From assembly GCF_018350175.1 (NCBI RefSeq), contig NC_058368.1, positions 208,198,001 through 208,262,000 on the forward strand: DNA of 64,000 nucleotides, read 5' to 3'. The stretch's first letter is position 1; each line of letters begins with the position of its first letter. The translations under genes and the position numbers were made by a program. The notes beneath the pieces were generated by a model. The model did not search any database. It was not told the origin of the DNA and worked only from the letters and a program-made list of their open reading frames with translations. Of this stretch, positions 34,201 through 47,107 are shown piece after piece. The stretch is from Felis catus. Its lineage: Eukaryota.

Positions 34201-37200
34201 AAATGGAGATTCTGGTGGTCATTATGGCTGCCTTTCTCTTGTGAGTGGCCCTCCTAGATAAACAACATTTAGCATAAAAATATTCTTAGAAGACGTAGCT
34301 AGCATTTTGACATCAGCTAGAGCTTGTACATTATGGACTGCGTGGATTAATCTCCACATAGAGTTGCAGTCATCAGTGTGTTGAACTATAGAAGCCTGGA
34401 TTTGAGATTGTGGCCCTGGGTATCTGGACAGTTGTGTGTTTATGTGCTTAGGTGACAGAGGTGCTCTGTTCTGCAGCTGAGACTCAGAAGCAGCCGTTCG
34501 GGGAACAAGTTCAGGGCGGAAGTGTCAGCCTCGTCTTCCATACCAGCATAACCTTCACGGCCCGTGGGTCTGAAGAATTTAGACACCCAGTACTGTCGCC
34601 CTCTCAGAAACTGGTGAAAGTCACACTGTTAAAACTTGATGCAACTTGGATTCTTGCTGGAAGTTATTAGTCCTGTAATTCTTAGTGGTTTTCATGTTGT
34701 CCACGTTTAGGAACATTACAGCCCTTTCTGTGTTTGAATAACTAGATTTAGGTTAGTGCAAAAAGAATTTGAAATCCATTTTACGGTCTTTTGAAATTGA
34801 AGTACTCCCTAACATTCGACATGCAGAAAATGTTATCTCAAAGCTTTCTACTGCTCAGGCACATAATCTGATAAGACTTTTTTTTTTTTTTTCTATTTAC
34901 GCTAAAGTAATTTTTACTGTTACCTGTTTCGAACCATTTAAACATTTGCATATCTTTTATAAAATGCCTTTTTTTCTTATTATCTAAAATTAAGCATCTC
35001 AGAATTCAAATGTGAGATCATTAACTATTTACAAAGACTAGGTACATAGTGGGAGTTCAATGAGTAATTGTTTATCGAGGCCCCTTCCAGAACGTGCAGA
35101 ATAAGCGGTTTTCCTGAAGGGTGGTATGTATCAGGATCTAGCTTGTGTGGATCTAAGACTGTCGGCTGAAAGATTCAGATCTACTCACGAAGTAGCTCCA
35201 GTTTCAACGAAAACTTGGGAAAGACTCCTGCAAAAGCATCCACTGTCTTATTCCTTGCATCTTATTCCCTCCCTCATGAGTATTCGTAGTGTCTTTTTTT
35301 TTTTTGATGGCTACAAAACTTGGGACCTGTTTGTGCCAACCAGCATGTGTTCTAGCGAACCAACACTACACTGATGTGTGAGCTTAACCGATTAATATAA
35401 GCACTCATTCATTCTCTGGATAAACTCTTTCTTCAAAGCGTTTATTTTAAACTGGCATTTCCCGCCAAAACAAAATTCCATGGTACCATGCCCATCCATC
35501 TTACTTTTTATATCCAGAAGAAAATTTTTCACAGAAGGAAAAGATTTTCTAAACTTACTGTAAATGCATCTTTTAGATATGACCTTAGAATATCATTGGA
35601 AAGCACTCGGTTTAAATTTGCTCCATTTACGTCTTCATGGATTATGTACCAGGGCTATTCATATTTAAACTTCTTATTTCAATACGGTCGTGAGATTTTT
35701 ATGTCTTTTCAGTTTGAGCTTTTGTCTATTACATGATCATATTCATGCCAGTTATAATACAAATGAGCTATTTTTAATGCCTGTATGGAGGCTCAAGAAC
35801 ATTAAGTTCATGTGTCAGGCTTTATCGTGTGTGGTAAAATTCCAGGGGATGTGATTTGATCTGGAATATATCCAAATTCTTACAATTGTGATACTGAGTT
35901 CTGAAAGGTTTCTGTTGCTTTTAATCATGGGTAGTGCTTATTTCTCCCTCTATTAAGAATGTTCATATTTTGGATTATAAGTGTCTAAGTTATAGACAGA
36001 ATTTACCTATGTAAGACATAACTGCAACATTTTAATGAAAATTAAAAGTGTTGTAAGAGGGAAAACTTCTGAATGTTTTTATGTACAAGTGCCTAGCTGA
36101 AGAACCATAGAAACAGGAAGTTCAAAATCTCTTAAATAGGGAAACTATACTGATTGAATATTAACCAAATACAAAACGGTAATAACATAGTACTTTTTGA
36201 TTGCTATAAGTTAAAAGATGTGGGTGGGGGAAATGAATATTTAATTGATAAGAAAATTAATTTGTGTTACATAAATCTTCTGAGATTGCCTTTGCAGTCA
36301 GTAGCCAGTCATAATTTTAAAAAGCCCAAATAACTAACACCATAGACATGCTGTCCTTAAGCCAAAAATACTTTGTATACCTGGTTGAATGGCTTATTTA
36401 AATGTATTGAAGTTCCTTATACATTTAAAATGTACTTCCCTTCATAATTATTCCATTTTAAAAAGGGGTAACTTTCAATTTCTGAACTTACTGTTTCTCC
36501 TAAGCATTCCATTATAAGAGCTCAGAAAGATTTCTAGATGGTATATAAAATTTTCATTGAAACATGGACAAGCTAAACTGTTAGGTTTAACATTAGTATT
36601 TTCGTAATTGAGCATAAAAAACAATAGTAATTCATGGTTTTCATAAGACATTTTTCAAATATTCTGCCCCCAATTTGATTCCAAAACTTTTTGGATGTTT
36701 ATGATATACTCACCTATTTCATTTTTTCCTTCCAACATAATGCTTTGGGAAAATGTGACTATGTTATGAATAGTTGAAGACAACACACAAGAAAAAACCC
36801 TGTTCGGTTTGTTGTTGTGGAAGGGTGGGTATGCTAAGATACCATGGGCTTTGTTTCTCCTGTTATTTTCTCAGAAAGGAGCATGGCTTTTTCTTACATA
36901 CATTTCAATTCAGAGTTGCTTGAAAAAGATTGGCCTGGATAGAAAGGCATCCAAAATTTGAGATAGAACCACCTTAAAAACAGGTCCAAAGGTAAAAGTC
37001 ACTTAAACACTTAACTATCCTAAAGGAATGTGTTGCCTTTTCTTCTCTTTCATTAGTTGGCCAGAAGTCAGAGGTCCTCTTCATAACATTAGGAAATTGC
37101 CATTTTTTACTTTCAAAATTGCATTGTAGTGAATTACTGTTTACAAAATACACATACTGTGAACAGATATAACTTTTTGTTTTTTATAAGGTTGTTTGTA

Positions 37201-37885
37201 GAGTGAGTGTTTTTTTTTTAAGGGTTCTGTGTTAAATATTTTCAGTTTTTAAAATAAATACTAGTAACTGTTTACTAATTTTTGTTTGGTCAGGTGTGTG
37301 CAGATGTAGCGGAAAGATAGGGAGAAATCAAATCCAACACTGTTCCTGTATTCATTTCTTAAAATGTCACCACTACAGACCTAAAAAAAACAACAAAAAA
37401 AACCCCGAGCTATAATTTGTGATAATCTGTACCTAAAATCATACTTAATCATGTAAGGAAACATCTAAATACTCATGTAGAGGAAGCAAACTACAGATTG
37501 CGGTATATTTGTGTGATTCAGTCTGATTCACAGAATTCCGAGTTCAAAATGGAATAAAACAACTCCACTTAAGAGAGATGACAACTGAAGTATTTTCTGC
37601 CTTGTGAAAATGTGGAGATTATGTTGCTGTTAGAATGGAAAATTTGAACATTTTATATCCTCGTATAATTTCAGAATTTAGTTTCCATATCTTTTGGAGA
37701 ACATGGTTATATCAAGAACATAGAATATAAGTAACCTATTACTAAGACACCTTAAATGTAAAACTAGTATGCTTGGCTGTTAACTCTAAAGATGTTACTT
37801 ATGTTTGTTTTTAAAACGTGCATGTATTTAACAACTTTATCATAGTATTGTCATGGAAAAAAATAAATATATTTTCTTACAACTT
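31293..37885 (+). other. LIFR: LIFR long 3' UTR (~6.6 kb)
   Basis: Follows the stop; AT-rich distal part with AATAAA at 37253, 37553 and 37862 and a U-rich tract after the last; consistent with the long 3' UTR known for mammalian LIFR; exact end inferred. Confidence 0.75.
37862..37867 (+). terminator. Probable distal LIFR polyadenylation signal AATAAA
   Basis: aAATAAAtatattttcttacaac followed by ggttttttttttt downstream element. Confidence 0.6.
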
Positions 37886-39169
37886 ACGCAGACGAATTTG
37901 GGCATTACTGGTTTTTTTTTTTCCCTCCTGTCTTAAGCACTTAGGAAAAATACCTTCTGCTTTAATACTTCTGTTAATTCTGATAAGAATTACACTGGTT
38001 TATGAAGCAATAACATAGGGCTATCTATACATTTTTAATATTTTAATACATTGCTATGCCATTGAGATCATCATCTGTATCTTCCACTAAATCTATAATC
38101 TGTGTACCAGAAATGTTAGCATAAAAATAACCAAAAAGTGGGACTCCAACATTATAAAACAACACTGGTCCTTAAAAGTATGGTTTCTAATTTCTTCCCT
38201 TTGAAGACCAACATTTCTGGAGCTTCTAGGAATATATCAAAATTAGTTTTATCTCAAGTTACCGAATTTGGAAATCCAGTCGTTGCTTCAGCAAAACCTC
38301 CGTAATTTTCAAGTAAGAAGTGATCTTAAGTAGAATTTCATAAGGGGGAGAAATTAAGTCTTTGGTCCTGTGTAGCCTGTGCTTTACCCAGAGTAACTGA
38401 AATATGAACGGGCCACAATTTAACCTGAAGAAACTGTGAACTAATTTTGAATTAGTTGTGAAACACGTGTTAGTGTTTAAGCCCTAAGAGAGCGTGTGCA
38501 TGTGGTCTGTCCTCCAGGGAGATGTCCATGCATAACTTGTTTCCCAGATGGTGAATTCTTGAGCCAAAATATATAGCCCCATCAACCATAGGGACTTTGA
38601 AAAGGTCAAAAAGAGAGGAACGACGTATTAGGGAAAGAAAAGTAGAGATGTATGAACTTGTTTTTAATGTATTCGACATCACTAAAAATGTTAGTTTACA
38701 AACCCCAGTTCTTTACAAAAGAGCTGTGTAAAAGTTAGTTTTGAATGGCCTATGAAGTTGATCCAGTACCCTTCCCCTGGAGCGACTGACAGAAAAATTG
38801 AATTAAAAGTATTTATTCGGTCTCTAAGAACCAGCGAAGTTGATGTAACTAGAGATGTCTTGAACTAATTCGGGATTAAATTGGAGATGATTTTATCCCA
38901 GAGTGATTAGTTTCAGATTAAAGAGACAAGAAAAGCTTTTGAGGAGGATTTTGGTAAAAACTGGGAAGCAGAAATCTTGTTAAAATGAGTGCAACTGAAG
39001 TGTCCTGGCTGCTCAAGATTCTCTCTGAACCTTTGAAAGGTGAGAACGAGTCTGAGGTCCCAGCTCAGATGCAAATCTGCTTCCCGGGTGACCCCAGCCA
39101 GCTTCATCACTGCTGTGGAAGCAGGCCCTCGTGTCTCCCGCCGCAGACAGCCTTCCAAGGCCGGAGCCT

Positions 39170-39197
39170 CCCCCCCCCCCCCCCCCCCCCCCCCCCC
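39170..39197. repeat. Poly(C) homopolymer, 28 nt
   Basis: Directly visible. Confidence 0.95.
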
Positions 39198-39939
39198 GCC
39201 GTCTTCCTATCCCTGCAAGTGCTTGCACACCCCCCGCCCCCCACTCACCTGGTCCTCAGGGCGGGTTCTGATTCGAGAGGCAGGAGGCCCTGAAGAAGCA
39301 GAGTGCAAGACACGTGCACCCTCCTAATCCCAGATTGCCCAATTACCAACAGCCAATGGCACCCTTCACAAATGAACCTCGAGTCTAATTTTCTGCCGTT
39401 GGTGGCTCCTCTCCTCTCCTGTGGCGGTGGACGGGGTTTCCCGTGAGACCAGGCGGCGGCTGGCTTGCCTGAGCCGCGCACATCCGGCTCCCAGCTGATT
39501 TCACCACCTGCTACCTGGGGAATTTCCAAACTCTCCATCTCCTCTGCTCTGAACGGTGGGTCTTGATAACCTCTTCTCGCAAAGCTGTCGTGAAGATTCC
39601 CATAGTGTATGTGACGCTCCCAACAGAATAGGTGTGAGATTCTTACATGTGACTCTATCCCTCCAGAAGCCTCAGGAACGGCTCTTTGTGACCGGCACCT
39701 CAGAGGTGTAAATGCCTTAGACACGGATAAGATGCACCTTAGGCTACGGCCCACAGTTACCCAGAGGGCTGTTTGTTACACGGCAAGAGGCCTGCCAAGA
39801 TGAACCACGGGGCCTGTTCCCACCTGCTCAGATGCTGGACTCCACCTTTCTTCACCTGGGTGACTCCGTCCTCACGTCTCAGTTAAAGCATTGCTGGCTC
39901 AGGGAGGTCTCTTCCAGTGTCCCAGGACCTCCACCTCTC

Positions 39940-40050
39940 CACGCACCCCACCTGTCCCTGCACCCCACCTCTGTGTGGCACCCCCACCCCTCCAGGCAGC
40001 CCACCTCTGCACAGCACCCCCACCTCTCCCTGCACCCCCACCCCCTCCGC
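39940..40050. repeat. Degenerate ~18-nt C-rich minisatellite (gcacccccacctctnnnn)
   Basis: About six imperfect units. Confidence 0.7.
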
Positions 40051-42089
40051 TCACCGAGCACGGTTCTCACGCTTTCTTCGACACAGAAATTGAGCGTCTC
40101 AGCGCTGCATCCACAGAGCACGGCACAGTATCAGACGCACCCCAAGAGTCTGATAAATAGTCTTGAAATAACCGTACCTTGAAAAGCCAATATGTGGCCT
40201 ACCATGTTTCCTGGATATAAGAACTACGTTATTTTACAGAGAGGTGATCCGCCTGTGGCATAGTCTCCAACCATGGAAAGACAGGGGGTCCTCACGGAAT
40301 TGCTGTGCCTCAGACAAGGTGGTGGCCCAAGGCGCTCCTTCTCTGGTGAGCCAGGAAGGGTTTGTTCACCAGAGGTCCTCAAGTATTTGTTGAACGTGGT
40401 GACCCTGTGTTCCTCCTCAAGGAAATTTGCTCTTATCCTCATATCTCTTTGACAGCAGTGGATAAAGGATAAATAGCCTTGACTGAAGTGACAACAGTTT
40501 CGAGCCCTCCTTCTGCCCACCATCCACCACCACCGCACCTCCTCCCTGTCTGGAAATCGATTTCCTTCTCTCTGGGTTAGGTTCTCCGTATTCTTCCAAG
40601 TGACAATTTGCATAACCAGGCGATCCATTTCTGTCCCCACCTCTCCTCCCCGAATTGCGCATCTGCTTCTCCAGAAGACAACCCTTATGGCGTCTCTCAG
40701 ACATTTGCCTGATGGGTAGGTGAGTCCCGGTAAGTTGCGCAGGCCACACGGGTCTGTAGACCCTCACTTTACCTGGGGCTAACACGTCTCTTCTCTACAT
40801 CCAGAACTTTCTTCTCTCAGGTCAGATGACCCCAGAGAGCTGGGCCCGTAGGGTCAGGCTCCTCCAAGCTTACAGGCAACTGCCTTTTCCAGTGGCCTCC
40901 CAGCATGATGGGCAAGGACTCTGGTGGGCCTGGCCTGTGTCACGTGTCCGTCCATGGGCTGGTCATGTGGCTGGACAGTTCTGTTCAGAGGCCACTTTTA
41001 CAAAAACCACACAGAGTCCCCCAAAAAGAAGAGAGGTAGAATTTCGAGTGGCCAAAACAATAAATATTTACTACTGGCTCACTGAAGAAAAACTAGAAAA
41101 TAAATGAAAGGAAATGGGAAAAAAATCGCTATCTTCTTATATAGCATTAGCTATTTTTAACACTTTGCCTGTTATCCTCTCGGACATTTTTCCTATGTGG
41201 ATGTGTATATGTAAATATTTACACATTTTCATATACGTGTATATGCATGCATATATAAAAGGGTTATATTGTATATCTGTTTTCAAACCTGACTCTTTTA
41301 TTTAACATATTTTGAAAATCTTTTTTTCATATCAATAGAATATTCATGTGCATTGTTCTTTCATGGATATGTAACACTAGCATATGGAAATATTATTTAA
41401 ATTTCTTATTCCTTAGTCCTTATTGAATTCCTTTAGTCTGTAATTTATTCATACTATTCATATTTTCATTAAATAATGGATGACTTCGAAAGCCAGGCAA
41501 AGACGTCTGGCATTGATTTGGCTGGGACTAAAAAACAACACTCAGATTTCACACTAGGAACCATTAGCACATTATACTCAAGCGCTCCCCAACTTTTCTA
41601 TCCCATAAAATGTCTTTTATACCAACTGACTGATGAAGATTCTGACTTAACGCAGAATTCTGCTTACATGGTACTTCCTCTAAGGTGACAGGGCAGCCAG
41701 CGGGAGCTCGGGAGTGGGGGCTGCTCAGGGCTCATGCAGGGTGGCCGTCGGAAAAGGCCTGGCTCAATGTAGCCAGTCCTCGGGGCACCCACACCAGCAG
41801 CTGAACCCCATCCCAGGCCCTCCGTTATTGGTAAGAGTCCCTGGACCCACGGGAAACAGGACTTTCAGGAACTATAAACAGGGATTTTGAAATCTTTTGA
41901 TACCCTCCGGGAATAGAAGTCCCTTTATCCTAGGAGCCTTTGACTCATTGTCTAGGGACGCGGCAGGCTGTGGCGCATTCTTTACTGAGAGAGCACATGA
42001 CATGAACGTGTCTTAGGAAAACAAATCTGGTTTCCGGTGAAGCACTGTGTGGGAGGTAGCACCGCCCGGTAGTCAGGGCTGATGGGGTC

Positions 42090-42380
42090 TAGCCAGCAGA
42101 ATTCTAAGATGGCCCCCGAGATGCTCGCCCCTGGTGCACGGGCTGCTACAATCCCACTCCCTGGAGTGTGAATGTGACAGGATGGCACTCCCACGATTAG
42201 GTTACCCATCAGTTGACTTGTGTTCATAGAAAGGAAGATTATCCACGATGGGTAGCCGAATCAGGAGCGCTCACAGGAGGGACCGGGCCTTGAAGAAAGT
42301 CTCCTGACCGCCTCGAAGGAGCAGGTGGCCGGTGAGTGTGCCAGATGAGACCACAGCCCTGGGGGACACTGGATCTGAGG
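42090..42380 (+). mobile_element. MLT1E-like MaLR LTR fragment
   Basis: cagaattctaagatggcccccgagatgctcgcccctggtg...ctcccacgattaggttac. Confidence 0.7.
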
Positions 42381-45300
42381 AGCTGGGTCTTCTCTGTCCT
42401 TCGTAGGCTCACCCGTGTCTCATCCAGGGGTCGGTTCCCACGAGGGAATCCTTAGCAAATGCTCATGAAGCAAACGTGTGTTGGCACATTCTGCGAAGGC
42501 GAGCGCTAAAGCAATGCATGTGAGGCCCCAAGAGATCATTTGGCCTCCCTCCAGCCTAACAGCCCCCAACCCTCTGAACAAACCCCAAGGGCTTCGGGCT
42601 GCCAGGCCAGAGGCAGTCCTGTCACCGTAAAGAAGACCCCCAACCCTTGGCAAATCATTTTACCTCCCCAGTCCTGAGGGGCTGGATCAGTCTGTCCCCC
42701 AGCTTCATTGGTGAGGCTGGAGAAATGTGACTCGGACAAACAGCGGGTACATTTTCTGCTCTGACAGTGCCCCCATATCACGCCCACACTCCGCCAGGTG
42801 CCCTTTGGAGCTGACGCCAGTGACAACACAGGACGCCTGCAGCCGGGGCAGCCTTGAACTCATACCGCTCTCCTCCACACTCTCTTGGTCTGCTAGTCTC
42901 TTCACCTGGTCTCTGCTTTCCTGCAGCCTAGCAGGATTTTCTGCAGCTGATCCTCTGGCCCGGTGCCTGTTACTTTTGTGGCTAAATGAGAATATCTGAG
43001 CAAATTTCTTGAGCTCCCCTGGCCTTCCTTCTCAGAGACATTCCAATCCAAGTCCTCTTTCAGCCAAGTCGGAGCTGCAGCCCCATAACCGGGCTGCCCA
43101 AGGAGGCCATAGCCCCAAGCGGGACTCTTGCTTGGAGGTGGGCAGCTGGGACACTGGGGGAGGTCGCACCACGTGTTTAGAGATTTCCGTGCCTCTGTAA
43201 GCCACTTGGAGCGTGAGCAGGTCAAGATAAAGATAGACAAATAGAAAGCTGCGACCTCATCCCAAATACTGAGACATAGTGTTCCTCTCACATCCTTCCA
43301 GGAAAAGACAAGTGCTCCCAGGAGCCTTTCTAGGACCAAAGACGTCTCTGCAAAGGCAGACACGAAGAGGAGGAGAGACAGCGAGCTTTCTCCGCTGCCT
43401 GTCCTGTGCTTTCAGTTCTTGGCCGGGGCCCCGGGGAGCACGCTGCTGCTTGGAAATAGTTTGCAACAACTCCCCCGGGTTCTGGAGGTTATTTGTGGAG
43501 GGGGAGGCGGAGGTGAGAAGGGAAAAAAACTTCAAACCCAGACCTCATTGCATCCTGGGGGTCCCTGAATCCCACCCTGATGGAATGGCTCTGGTTTCTG
43601 CTTTCACATTTATTCAAACCGGAGTCCTTGAGAGAAGAGAACTTTGGAAGAAGGCAGACTTGGGGCTCGGATGGGAAAGCAGCAGGCGGACACTTGGGCA
43701 CTGGCTCCTCAGCCCCGGGACTGTGCTGCCTGTGACAACTAACCTGAGGACGCAGCAGAATGCCGCGGAAGAATCCCGGAGCCCCTGAGCTGGTCCTGTC
43801 TGCAGGTCGGGGTAAGGGGTAGGAAAGTTCCACGACGAAGCATCATGCTTGTGTCCTCATGGAAGGACCACGGGCAAGGTGCCAGTCTTTCTGGCCAGCT
43901 TGTCTTGCCAAGCCAAACAGGCCATGTGCATCTGCTCTGGGCGCCATCAAAGGAGGACCGTCATTAAGATGGAACATGTGAATGTGAGACTGGATTGCAG
44001 TTCCCCACGGGGACTATCCCAGAAGCCAGTCCGTGTCGTTGCCCGAACATAGCCACCTGTAAGCTGGAACTTCCGGAGTGACAGCCTGTCACTTCCACTA
44101 AGACCTTTGAGAAGCTGATCGCACACACTTATCAGCTAAGGGTCTGGGCTGGTGCAGGGCACCCCCACACCCCCACCCCCGTCCTCAACGGCAGCTACCA
44201 GATGCTAACGGCAGCTACCGGATGCTGCCGGCCCGGGCCAGAGCTAGAAGAGGCCATGAAGGGAGTGTGGAGGGGCTAATGCTTTGTCCAGTCCTCTCTC
44301 CTAAAAGATTAATCGTCTTTCTACTCGGAGCTGGAATTCTCTGCCTTTATTTTCCCCAGCAGCTGGGCCTCTGCAGGCTGCTGCAGGCGCTCCCCATCCG
44401 AGGAGGAACGGCCTTCTGGGGCAGGGGGGTGGCTCTCAGAGCCGAGAGGGCTTGGGAGCCTCTCCCACTCTCTATTCTTCTTCCTTTGGGAACTCACAGT
44501 GCTAAAAACAAGCATTCTGAGAACCATATTTTTCTGGGTTAAAGGTGAAAAATGCAGCATTTCCTCCAAGTGGAAAGCACTGGGGCTGCCAGCTCCGGGC
44601 ACATTTCCGAGATCCTTCCTCCCACTCAGGGAGGAGGCAGGGCCTGCTCGCCAGGGGGAGAAGGGATGAGGTGGGTGGCGAGGGGAAGGCGAGGAGGGAA
44701 GTCGGAAGGAAAGCACCGGTTCCTCTGGAACCAGGGCAGTCAGTGTATGGAAACCCGAGGCCTGTTTGTGTTGGCGCGGGCCTGGAGGCTGGGACAGCAC
44801 CGGCTCCGGAAATGAAGAGCTAATAAGAGGGTGGGCGAGCGGGGCGGCCATTCGGAGTGGTGCCCGCCAGGCCGGGGTCATCAGGCTGCAACTCGCGGGC
44901 TTCTGGGACACTGCAGGGACCAAGATCCCCCCCCCCTCCCCGCCCCCCCACACCAAGGCCTTCCAGAAAGAAATCCCACAACGGGGCTTAGAGGAAACTA
45001 AGCCAGTTTTAATAGGAAAGGCAAGAACATCCCCTGTCCTCACCCCATCCTCAGCCATCCTTGCTTGGAACACATGGAAGTCTGGGGAATCTTCTCAGGT
45101 CCTGATTGTGGGACGAAAGATCTTCAGGAATTCACGCTTCACGACATCCTTCCCGGGCAGGACAGGCATTGCGTTCACCTCCCGGCTCCCTGGCTCCTCA
45201 AACCTCTCTCTGGAGCCAAGGGCCCAGGAAGCTTCTTCGACATCCTCTCAACAGAGCCGCTACCCAAGGGCTATGCCACAAATCCTGTCCCACTGCTAGT

Positions 45301-45492
45301 TCCCCTTCCTTAGAATAACAGCATAGCTGCCCAGTACCAGGCAACAGGTGGAAGGAGGAGGGAGAACAGGGCCCAGCAGGGGAGGCTGGAGGAGGGGCAG
45401 AGATGGCCCCCGGGCCGGCCACTGACATCTTCACAGACCTCGTCCCCACGGGGACAACCACGGCCAGGGGCCGCCTCACCCTGCTGTGCGTC

Positions 45493-45517
45493 TCGCCCTC
45501 TGCTGGGTGACTCAGCA
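45493..45517. promoter_or_regulatory. Candidate CTCF site (minus strand CCAGCAGAGGGCGA) abutting an ARE/MARE site (GTGACTCAGCA)
   Basis: Motif matches only; no functional data. Confidence 0.5.
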
Positions 45518-45539
45518 GCTGTCTCCCTCCTACAGAGGT

Positions 45540-45968
45540 GTGGTCTCTTTCTTCATCTCTCCCATTTATGGGCTTGGGCTAATAAGACGTGGCAGAAGGG
45601 ACCCGTGGCAGTTCCGAACCTAGGCTGTCAAAGGCCTTCCACCTTTACTCCAGTTTATTCCTCGCCCTCTCCTCCAGTACAGAGGGCATGCCCACCTACC
45701 CGCTGGTCCCACAGGGGGGATGAGAGCCACACGGAGCAGACCTAAGTCACCTCATCGTCCCCACCGAGGCCATCCTAAATCAGCCAGCCGCCACCCGAGT
45801 GAACAGGTCCAGCTGAGACCAGAAGAACCACCTGGCCAAGCCCGGCCGAGATCAGCAGAGTAGCCTGGCTGACCGATCAATACACGAGAGCAATTAGTCC
45901 TTACTGGGGTATGACCCTGGGGCTTTGTGGCCGCCGGGCGTGCAGGTTTTTGTAGCAGTAGACAACAG
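45540..45968 (+). mobile_element. MLT1G/H-like MaLR LTR
   Basis: gtggcagaagggacccgtggcagttccgaacctaggc...cagctgagaccagaagaaccacctggcc...gcagtagacaac. Confidence 0.65.
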
Positions 45969-47107
45969 AGGGAGGGGAAACTGGGGCACCCACAGACCCA
46001 GCTTGAGATGGTCTCAGCCACCGACCCCAAGTCTGAGTCCTCAGCTTCAGAACAAGGTTTTCATCCCTACCACCTCCACCCATCCCGTATCTCCTGGGTT
46101 TTGTTCACTGAAAGGGTGAAAGAGCCTCGCTCTTGGCTTAGGGTATACTGTCTCCTACCCTGTTCTCTGATCCTGAGCCCTCAGGTGATTAGTTCCTTTT
46201 GGGCCACCCTATTCTGGGGCCCTCTTGCCAGCAGGATCCCTGCTGCCCCAGCCCACCACGGTGTCGCCCTTTCTCATCCCTTCTGGACTCGCCCAGGGTG
46301 GGGGCTGGGGGGCAAAGGGAGCTCACAATTCTTATCAGCTTCCACACTGGCTCCCAGGATCTCACCCCTGAGTCATCGCATTTTTCTCTGGAGAACACCT
46401 GCAGGGAACAGATCATCTACAACACATCTCTTGTGGCTTCAGCTCAGCTGGATATTTTGCTAAAATAACAATGGTTTTTGTTTGTTTGTTTTGTTTTGTT
46501 TTGGCTGGAGGCCATCTGTGCTATGAAAGCAGCCCCATAGTATCTTGGGAAACACTGGTCCTAGCAGTCTCCAAGGAAAAGGTGTTGAGGTGAAGGTGGT
46601 TGGGAGGTGGTAAACGCCACTTTCCAAGACATCTTCTGATCGATTCCCTGAAGGGGACAGAGAATACCGATATGTTGGCTTAAGGAATGTAAAATTCTGG
46701 GCTGAGAAAATGGCACAAAATATTGTGCAAAGACATGAAAATCCAGAGTTCAAAAAAGCGTGTAGGATACAGACTGAAGGATATAAGAATGTAACAATAT
46801 GATAATTCTGTATTTTCGAAGCTGATCGCTAGCAGGAAGATTTTGCAATTAACTAAAATAGGGCACAAAACAAACAAGACCACACTTTCTACCACTTGGC
46901 TTTCCCGCAAACTGTACTCCCAAGGTGACCTCCATAGGAGAGAAGGAATTGCCTTGACTGTTGCTGTTATGACCCTTGTCATTATTACCTCTATTGCTGT
47001 TATTCCTCCAGGAGGAAGGGTCCTGGTCATCAAAGGTCCCAAAGGCAGGAAGCAGAAGGCTGAAGCACAAAGTGAACGTCTCTAGTTTATTCATTTTTTC
47101 AGAATAA

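Larger units (their letters stand above)
1489..37885 (+). other. LIFR: LIFR gene, 3' part (exons ~7-20 plus 3' UTR); 5' exons lie upstream of the window
   Basis: 14 GT-AG exons splice into one open frame matching mammalian LIFR from (W)SPDSQTKVFPQDK to ...FTNFFQNKPND*; splice phases are mutually compatible. Confidence 0.98.

Noticed and set aside
39940..40050. CRISPR-like regularly spaced repeat
   Set aside because: Eukaryotic DNA; degenerate tandem minisatellite without unique spacers or cas genes
44321..45073. Longest unexplained ORF (250 aa, minus strand) and overlapping ORFs at 43-46.5 kb
   Set aside because: Low-complexity P/S/A/G-rich translations in GC-rich DNA with long ORFs in several frames on both strands; no recognisable domain or exon structure
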